A program made the position numbers and the translations under genes. From positions 1,340 to 65,339 of the forward strand of contig CAJWHW010000008.1 in NCBI GenBank assembly GCA_913040915.1: 64,000 nucleotides of DNA. The letters are read 5' to 3'. This stretch comes from an uncultured Fidelibacterota bacterium. Its GTDB lineage: Bacteria > Fidelibacterota > Marinisomatia > Marinisomatales > UBA1611. Of the stretch, positions 57,340-64,000 are shown piece by piece; position 1 is the first letter of the stretch, and each line of letters starts with the position of its first letter. The notes under the pieces are model-generated. The model saw only the letters and a program-made list of their open reading frames with translations. It ran no database searches and was not told the DNA's origin.

Positions 57340-58391
57340 AGAAAACGAAAATTCATTTTATCGGGCGTAAACAAGGCGTTGGATTTAGACGATGGCGATA
57401 TAGCAGTCTAGAAAACCGCAGAAAATTTGAATATGAAGGGTTCTTAGACGTTGAAAATATTCAACAAGTTCGATTGATCCAGAATGCGGATGTTGTATGG
57501 TGTCGTGTACGCCCGGAGCACACATCTGATTTGCAAAGAGAAATTATAGATAATCAAATCAAAAAAATGCGGGGTAAAATACCAATTATTAATGATATCG
57601 AAATTTTCGATAATTATGATTGTAAAGATATTTCATTTGACCTTTGGTCAAAAGCTAATATCGCTTGTCCTAATTATATCAAAATTGATATCAGAAAAGA
57701 AAAAAATAATCTTTCTAAGAAAATTCAAAAAATTCAAGAATTTATATCTACACATGGGAAAATGTTTCTTAGAACAAATAATGAGACAGCAGCAAATGGA
57801 ATATATTCGTTAGATGAGAGTTCAACCGAAATAGAAATTAAAGATGCTCTTAAAGCATTAATAAATCGATGCGAATCATTTCATAGTACTAGGAAAGCGA
57901 CAAATATTGTCGGAGTGAAATTTATTAGATCAAAAAATGAAAAGAGTTATCAAGATTTATATCGTGTACACGTGTTATTCGGAAAAGTTCTTTCTTTTTA
58001 TAGTGTTACAAGTCCTTTAGATATTTTTCATAATATTAATATGAGCGATATTGACATAGACAGATTTATACAACTAAATCATGATTTATGTAAAAAAATG
58101 TCGAAACTGGAAAATAAAGTTCTAGATGCTGCTAAAGCACTTGATTGTAATCTGGGTGCTGTTGAATTTTTTTTGCAGGATGATAAACCCATATTTTTAG
58201 AACTGAATCCAATGTGGGGAGGTCATGCCAGCAAATTTGGATTTGGAAATAATAAGATGCAGAATTATTTAAGAGAGAATCGTGACCAATTAATCAAATT
58301 GATTCCGAATATTTATGATTTTATGAATCGGAGGATTTATTATAAAAATCTATTCCAGTGGGTCCATAGATACTGTTCTACCAATCTTTAA
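57336..58391 (+). CDS. ATP-grasp-fold protein, putative amide ligase
   Basis: K...W....I.CP, FLRTNNETAANGIY, YRVHVLFGK and GAVEF...FLELNP (ExN). TTG start overlapping the upstream stop. Confidence 0.6.
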   Translation: MKKTKIHFIGRKQGVGFRRWRYSSLENRRKFEYEGFLDVENIQQVRLIQNADVVWCRVRPEHTSDLQREIIDNQIKKMRGKIPIINDIEIFDNYDCKDISFDLWSKANIACPNYIKIDIRKEKNNLSKKIQKIQEFISTHGKMFLRTNNETAANGIYSLDESSTEIEIKDALKALINRCESFHSTRKATNIVGVKFIRSKNEKSYQDLYRVHVLFGKVLSFYSVTSPLDIFHNINMSDIDIDRFIQLNHDLCKKMSKLENKVLDAAKALDCNLGAVEFFLQDDKPIFLELNPMWGGHASKFGFGNNKMQNYLRENRDQLIKLIPNIYDFMNRRIYYKNLFQWVHRYCSTNL

Positions 58392-58857
58392 ATAAAATAT
58401 AATCTTTGCCGGATACATGACAATTATAACACATCGATTCTGCACCATTACTACCAGCCAATTCTCCATCTGGATTATAATTCGCCCAAAACCAATTATT
58501 ATGATCTGGGTCATATCCTTCAATTTTTTTCATGATTGTAATTTTATTCAAGGACTGGCCACTTGAATCTAAATATCCTTCCTTAACAAGTATACTTCCC
58601 GCAGGAAGTATTGCATTTTCTAAAGTATCAGGATTACTAAAATAATTAGAAACGGTTTCATTTAACCAGATCTGGATATAATCTCCATGAGGCGAATTAG
58701 CAGATTTTATCCCTGAAAACGAAGAATCCTGCACCCAGTTCTGATAACCTTTAATTTCTTGCCAAATTTCATTTGCTATTTTTTGGTCATCACTTAAATC
58801 TCCATCCTCACAACCAAATAGCATAAGGAATAAAATTAATAAATATTTTTTAATCAT
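58378..58857 (-). CDS. Cytochrome P460/c'-beta family lipoprotein
   Basis: LFGC lipobox, LPAGSILVKE, MKK...W.WA.Y, C-terminal CYNCH heme-binding motif. Confidence 0.8.
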   Translation of the reverse strand: MIKKYLLILFLMLFGCEDGDLSDDQKIANEIWQEIKGYQNWVQDSSFSGIKSANSPHGDYIQIWLNETVSNYFSNPDTLENAILPAGSILVKEGYLDSSGQSLNKITIMKKIEGYDPDHNNWFWANYNPDGELAGSNGAESMCYNCHVSGKDYILFKDW

Positions 58858-58956
58858 AATTTTACAATTGTTATTAATAGTAAGAATATAATCAAATTAC
58901 GATTAATGTTTTAATTGAATAAAAATATTAATTTTAGTTTTGAAATTATTTAAGAT

Positions 58957-60900
58957 ATGAATTCTATCCTCTGGAAACCACAACACTTCGAAAAATCAAA
59001 AATGGTAAAATTTATGAACCAGATAAATGAATCATATAATCTGAAAATGCAATCTTATGATGAATTGTATAATTGGTCCATAAATTATATTCCCGAGTTC
59101 TGGTCCCATGTATGGGACGCATGTGAAATAAAACATTCAACTCCGTACACTTCAATTGTGGATGACATTAAAAAAATGCCGGGGGCGACATGGTTTGAAG
59201 GAGCTCGTTTAAATTTTGCAGAAAATTTGCTTCGTTTTCAAGATCATCACATAGCCATTCACTTCAAAAGTGAATGCAAACCTGTAAGGTCCTTAACCTA
59301 TAAAAAATTGTTTACAGAAGTAGAAAAAGTTGCCCATTCTATGAGAGAATCTGGTATTCAAAAAGGTGACCGAGTAGCTGGGTTTATTCCCAATATGCCA
59401 GAAGCAATAATTGCTATGTTGGCCACTGCATCCATTGGAGCAATTTGGAGTTCATCATCACCAGATTTTGGCATTAAGGGCGTTTTAGATCGTTTTTCAC
59501 AAATTGAGCCAAAACTCATATTTGCTGCTAATGGATATTATTACAATGGGAAATCCTTTGACTCTTTAGAAAAGCTAAAGGGAATTCTATCGCATCTTCC
59601 AAGTGTGCAAAAAGTTGTTGTGATTGAATATACAGATAATGAAACAAATATGAATAATATACCCAATGGGATCCATTATTCTGATTTTATTTCAAAATCA
59701 CCTTATCCACTAAAGTTTGAGCAAATGCCCTTTGATCATCCACTTTATATTATGTATTCATCAGGCACTACTGGATTACCTAAATCTATTGTTCATTCTG
59801 CAGGTGGAACCCTTATTCAGCACATGAAAGAATTAAAATTACATTGTGATTTAGAGAGGCAAGACTCTATTTATTATTTTACTACCTGTGGATGGATGAT
59901 GTGGAATTGGCTTGTATCTTCATTGGCCGTAGGCGCTACTGTAGTCCTTTATGATGGATCACCATTCTTTCCAGATGGAAACGCTATGTGGCAATTAGCT
60001 GATGAACTAGATATTACAGTTTTTGGAACAAGTGCAAAATTTATTGATGCATGTAAAGAAGCAAATATTCAACCTATACAGTCAGCTGATTTAACCAATT
60101 TAAGGACTATCCTTTCAACGGGTTCACCTTTAGCAGATGAAAGTTTTGATTATATTTATGAAAATGTAAAAAATGATATTCTTCTAGGATCTATATCTGG
60201 AGGGACTGATATAATATCATGCTTCGCCTTAGCCAGCCCAATGCTACCAGTTACTAGAGGAGAGTTACAATGTCGGGGGCTTGGGATGGATGTTCATGCC
60301 TTTGATTCAGCAGGTCACTCTATGATTAACGAAAAAGGCGAATTGGTTTGCACTTCTGCATTTCCTTCCATGCCAATATATTTCTGGAATGATCCTGATT
60401 ATTCTAAATATCAAAGTGCATATTTCAATACATATCCCGGTATCTGGAATCATGGTGACTTCATACGCATTTCTGAATATGGTACAATTAAAATATTTGG
60501 CAGAAGTGATGCCACTCTGAACCCTGGTGGTGTCAGGATTGGTACAGCAGAATTATATCAGGTTGTAGAATCCATGGAAAGCATTGAAGACAGTTTGGTG
60601 ATTGGTCAAGAATGGAATGGTGATCAACGAGTTATTTTATTTTTAAAGATGTATAAGGGCTTTGAATTGAATAAAAACATAGTTCAAGATATCAAAAATC
60701 AAATTCGGACAAATTGCTCACCAAGACATGTGCCTGAAAAAATATTGGAAACAAAAGGGATTCCCTATACAATCAATCTAAAAAAAGTAGAAATAGCTGT
60801 GAAGAAAATTATAGAGGGTGAAAAAGTTACAAACCTAGATGCCTTATTAAACCCTGAAGTATTAGAATATTATAAAAACATCCCAGAATTAAATTCTTAA
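58957..60900 (+). CDS. Acetoacetyl-CoA synthetase
   Basis: WF.GARLNFAEN, SPDFG, YSSGTTGLPK, TTCGWMMWNW, SISGGTD, GRSDATLNPGGVRIGTAE. Confidence 0.95.
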   Translation: MNSILWKPQHFEKSKMVKFMNQINESYNLKMQSYDELYNWSINYIPEFWSHVWDACEIKHSTPYTSIVDDIKKMPGATWFEGARLNFAENLLRFQDHHIAIHFKSECKPVRSLTYKKLFTEVEKVAHSMRESGIQKGDRVAGFIPNMPEAIIAMLATASIGAIWSSSSPDFGIKGVLDRFSQIEPKLIFAANGYYYNGKSFDSLEKLKGILSHLPSVQKVVVIEYTDNETNMNNIPNGIHYSDFISKSPYPLKFEQMPFDHPLYIMYSSGTTGLPKSIVHSAGGTLIQHMKELKLHCDLERQDSIYYFTTCGWMMWNWLVSSLAVGATVVLYDGSPFFPDGNAMWQLADELDITVFGTSAKFIDACKEANIQPIQSADLTNLRTILSTGSPLADESFDYIYENVKNDILLGSISGGTDIISCFALASPMLPVTRGELQCRGLGMDVHAFDSAGHSMINEKGELVCTSAFPSMPIYFWNDPDYSKYQSAYFNTYPGIWNHGDFIRISEYGTIKIFGRSDATLNPGGVRIGTAELYQVVESMESIEDSLVIGQEWNGDQRVILFLKMYKGFELNKNIVQDIKNQIRTNCSPRHVPEKILETKGIPYTINLKKVEIAVKKIIEGEKVTNLDALLNPEVLEYYKNIPELNS

Positions 60901-61898
60901 TCTAAATTTCCTAATACACTTAGTAAATCAACCACTCGATTTGAATATCCCCATTCATTATCATACCAATTCAAAGTTTTGACAAAATTACCTTCCACAA
61001 CTCTTGTAAATGGTGCATCAAAGATTGAAGAATGGGGGTTCCCAATAATATCAGTTGAAACAACAGGTAACATTGAATAATCTAATACATTTTTAAGAGG
61101 ACCATTATCTGCTGCTTCACGAACTGCATCATTGACCTGCTCCACAGTCACATCTTGATTTACCCTTACATTGAAATCAACTACTGAGCCATCCGGGACA
61201 GGGACTCGCATAGCAATTCCATCCAGTTTCCCATTTAGTTCGGGTAAAACTTTACCAACGGCACGTGCTGCACCCGTTGTTGTCGGGATAACGTTTTCTG
61301 CTGCAGCTCTGGAGCGACGCCAATCTGAATGTGGCACATCTGCCAACCGTTGGTCATTTGTATAGGCATGAATTGTATTGATAACTCCTAATTCAATACC
61401 AAAAGCATCATTAAGGACTTTCGCCATAGGTGCCAGGCAATTTGTTGTACATGAAGCATTAGAAACTATTCTATGTTCATTTTTGAGTCCGTTTTCATTT
61501 ACACCTAATACAACGGTATAATCAATTTCATCCTTTGCAGGTACAGTTAAAACAACCCGCTTAGCACCAGCTGATAAATGATTTTCCAGTTGTGCCTTTT
61601 GCCGAAATATTCCAGTGGACTCAATAACAAAATCTATACCCATCTCTGCCCAAGGCAATGCAGTCGGATCACGCTCTGCTAATAATTTAACAGACTGACT
61701 TTCTGTTTTCATGAAATCCCCTTCTAAGGAAACCTGTTCCGGAAATCGACCCATAACTGTATCATATTTTAATAAATATGTTAAGGCAGCTTTATCAAAA
61801 ATATCATTGATAGCAACAATTTCAATATCTTCTTTAGAATTTAAAATACGAAAAACTGATCGGCCAATTCGTCCAAATCCATTAATAGCAACTCTCAT
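60897..61898 (-). CDS. gap: Type I glyceraldehyde-3-phosphate dehydrogenase
   Basis: INGFGRIGR, SNASCTTNCLAP (catalytic Cys present), HAYTNDQ, WYDNEWGYS. Confidence 0.96.
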   Translation of the reverse strand: MRVAINGFGRIGRSVFRILNSKEDIEIVAINDIFDKAALTYLLKYDTVMGRFPEQVSLEGDFMKTESQSVKLLAERDPTALPWAEMGIDFVIESTGIFRQKAQLENHLSAGAKRVVLTVPAKDEIDYTVVLGVNENGLKNEHRIVSNASCTTNCLAPMAKVLNDAFGIELGVINTIHAYTNDQRLADVPHSDWRRSRAAAENVIPTTTGAARAVGKVLPELNGKLDGIAMRVPVPDGSVVDFNVRVNQDVTVEQVNDAVREAADNGPLKNVLDYSMLPVVSTDIIGNPHSSIFDAPFTRVVEGNFVKTLNWYDNEWGYSNRVVDLLSVLGNLD

Positions 61899-62914
61899 TT
61901 TTCATCTCCTATATCAGCATACAGGTCAATCGTTTCTAAAATTCTTTTGGAGAATCCCCAACCATTATCATACCAGCATATAGTTTTTAATAATGCATCC
62001 TTAGTAATCATGGTTGCTTTACTGTCAAAGATCATTGTTTCATCCCTGCCTATTACATCACTGGATACGATTGGATCATCTGTATAACCAACGATACCTT
62101 TCAATGTAGTTTCAGAAAATTGTTTCACCATATTATTTGCTTCATCTACTGATGGCATAGTATTTAACTCAGTAGTCAAATCCACACATGATCCATTGGG
62201 TACTGGTACATTGAATGCGATTCCATCCAACTTACCTTTGAATTCCGGCATAATTTGTTCAACAATTGATGGTGCATTCGTAGAGTTAGGTATAATATTT
62301 TCTACAGCAGATCGACTTCTGCGTAAATCTATTCCAACAGCATCTGCTAATGGCTGATCTGAAGTGTAAGCGTGTACGGTAGTCATCATTGCTCGATTTA
62401 AACCAAAAGTCTCATCCAACATTTTTACCATTAGGGCTAACACTTGAGTTGTAGAAGATGTTGTGGAAATAATTTTATCAGTTGCTTTGATGGAAGACTC
62501 ATTTACTCCTGGAATGACATAACGGTCAATGTCATCATCTGGGTCTCTTGTGGTAAATACCCGTTTAGCGCCGGCACTCAAATGTAAATCTAATTCTGAA
62601 CGTTTTAGAAACTTACCTGTTGCATCAATAACACAATCTATATTATATGCATCCCAGGGTATTCCTCCCGGTTCTCCTCCACTGATAACGCGTACACGTT
62701 GGTCTCTAACAACTAGATGATTGCCATCTAAGTGAACAGGGTCATCCATAGCACCATGAATTGAATCACGCGATAATAGATAATGTAATGTTTCAGCAGA
62801 TCCAATATCACTGATAGCAACAAAGTTATAATTAGGGTTTTTATAGCCTAATCGAAAAATATTTCGCCCTATTCTGCCAAAACCGAATATTGCAATATTT
62901 ACAGTATTAGTCAT
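61895..62914 (-). CDS. GAPDH paralog lacking the catalytic cysteine
   Basis: IFGFGRIGR, HAYTSDQ, DLRRSR and WYDNGWG are present, but STTSSTTQVLA replaces SNASCTTNCLA. ATGA overlap with gap. Confidence 0.88.
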   Translation of the reverse strand: MTNTVNIAIFGFGRIGRNIFRLGYKNPNYNFVAISDIGSAETLHYLLSRDSIHGAMDDPVHLDGNHLVVRDQRVRVISGGEPGGIPWDAYNIDCVIDATGKFLKRSELDLHLSAGAKRVFTTRDPDDDIDRYVIPGVNESSIKATDKIISTTSSTTQVLALMVKMLDETFGLNRAMMTTVHAYTSDQPLADAVGIDLRRSRSAVENIIPNSTNAPSIVEQIMPEFKGKLDGIAFNVPVPNGSCVDLTTELNTMPSVDEANNMVKQFSETTLKGIVGYTDDPIVSSDVIGRDETMIFDSKATMITKDALLKTICWYDNGWGFSKRILETIDLYADIGDEK

Positions 62915-63110
62915 AAATCGTAAATAAACTCTATATTTTACGCATTGAAATTAAAGACAGAATTAAAGGATTATATATGGAAAAAATTTTGAAATTCATT
63001 TTATACTATAAATAATATACTATAATCCTATTAATCAGAATAATTTTTGAATCGTTTTCTGACTTGTAAAAATGCAAATAGGAGTAGCAGAACTATAATA
63101 ATCTCTATTT

Positions 63111-63452
63111 TCATTTTTTCCCAGATTGGCTATAGCCTAAAGCACCATATCTGTCATTTAGAACAATTACTCCATCCATGTCCCGATTTGAACCAATATA
63201 GGATGTAGGTTGTTCATACTTATTATAAGTTTGCACATAACCATTTTCTTCCTTTCCTGTTCCAAGATATAACGTGCGCTTCTGATCCTGGTTATATGCA
63301 GTAATAAAACCACCATGACCATCATCTTGAATAGTAATAGAATTCACAACAATATCTCCTAGGTTCCCATTTTTTTCAAAACCAGTTACAACAAAAAATA
63401 GTACACTACTTAAGACACCAATGATAAAACTTTTCAAATCAACTATCTTCAT
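63111..63452 (-). CDS. Hypothetical exported or membrane-anchored protein
   Basis: DLKSFIIG N-terminal hydrophobic segment followed by short G.I..YN-like beta repeats. Confidence 0.65.
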   Translation of the reverse strand: MKIVDLKSFIIGVLSSVLFFVVTGFEKNGNLGDIVVNSITIQDDGHGGFITAYNQDQKRTLYLGTGKEENGYVQTYNKYEQPTSYIGSNRDMDGVIVLNDRYGALGYSQSGKK

Positions 63453-63454
63453 TT

Positions 63455-64000
63455 TTACTCCTTACATCTTTCTATTATTTTTGGTAAATCACCGATTGAC
63501 TCAATAAAAGCATCTGGTTTGATTCGACTTGATTCTACCATACCTTCATGGTATTTACCAGTTTTTACCAAAATACCCGGTATGCCTAGATTTTGTGCAC
63601 CCTGCACATCATTAATTAGGTCATCACCAATCATAACGACATCGTCAGATCCTAATTTTAAATCATCCAAGGCACATTGAAAAAATAATTTATTTGGCTT
63701 TCCAACTATATGTGCTATTTGTCCAGTGGAATATTCTAAGGCAGCAACAAACCCTCCAGCATCTAAACGCAAACCCAAATCTGTCTTGTAGTATTTACCT
63801 TTATGAAGCGCAATGATTTGAGCACCAGCCATAATTTGGACAAAGGCAATATTTAAAATTTCAAAATCCCATTTATCGTAATCACCAATAACTACTACAT
63901 CAGGTTGATCAATAGTTTCATCAAATTCTAGGTAATCTCTTTTTAGATCTTCTGTGATATAAAAGCTACAGGAAGGAGAACCCATTTTCCGTAAAAAATC
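63455..64000 (-). CDS. HAD-IIA hydrolase (TIGR01458, LHPP/HDHD2-like); 5' end outside the window
   Basis: VVIGD, GKPNKLFF, MIGDDLINDVQGAQ, LVKTGKY. The frame stays open to the window edge (…DFLRKMGSP). Confidence 0.88.
   Translation of the reverse strand, partial: DFLRKMGSPSCSFYITEDLKRDYLEFDETIDQPDVVVIGDYDKWDFEILNIAFVQIMAGAQIIALHKGKYYKTDLGLRLDAGGFVAALEYSTGQIAHIVGKPNKLFFQCALDDLKLGSDDVVMIGDDLINDVQGAQNLGIPGILVKTGKYHEGMVESSRIKPDAFIESIGDLPKIIERCKE

Noticed and set aside
1992-62720. Other short track ORFs nested in or antisense to long genes (e.g. 27500-27805, 34242-34589, 48563-48943, 61711-61983)
   Set aside because: They lie within or largely overlap well-supported CDSs and show no recognisable motifs.
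61895-62914. Erythrose-4-phosphate dehydrogenase (epd) or a pseudogene
   Set aside because: Epd keeps the catalytic Cys. This frame is intact, full length and coupled to gap, with no sign of decay.
1-64000. tRNA, rRNA, CRISPR array, IS/integrase, prophage or defence genes
   Set aside because: I read the intergenic gaps and saw no cloverleaf, spaced direct repeats or terminal inverted repeats, and no ORF has transposase, integrase or phage motifs. Checked by eye only.

Overview
AT-rich, densely packed bacterial chromosome segment with about 55 genes. I found no rRNA, tRNA, CRISPR array or mobile element. Dockerin-like and 'PNPFN' (T9SS-A/FlgD-like) C-terminal domains plus TonB-dependent receptors suggest a diderm FCB-group organism such as Marinimicrobia/SAR406; this is inference only. 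From left to right the window holds: tkt/rpe; a partial kynurenine cluster (TDO, SDR, 2Fe-2S ferredoxin, RidA); an amidohydrolase pair; an iron/heme block (TetR-TBDR-lipoprotein-2xYbaN, hemH, and a putative Fur-controlled FecA-like TBDR-DUF4856-like operon preceded by unannotated small ORFs); a TetR-fadE-fadA-fadN beta-oxidation operon; an HTTM-DCC1 fusion; a ~17 kb lipid/sulfate cluster; thiN-SSS-CYTH; PPi-PFK/aldolase; a decarboxylase-TagF-like-ATP-grasp operon; acetoacetyl-CoA synthetase; and a tandem gap pair in which one copy lacks the catalytic Cys. The best candidate for an undescribed system is 32605-49836. It contains two paralogous MMPL + LolA-like + outer-membrane barrel sets around a PAPS-type sulfotransferase, a secreted START protein, a KAS III-like condensing enzyme and two exported aryl-sulfate sulfotransferases. 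Together these suggest making and trafficking a sulfated lipid, possibly as a sulfate shuttle. All family calls come from motifs read by eye; no database searches were run.
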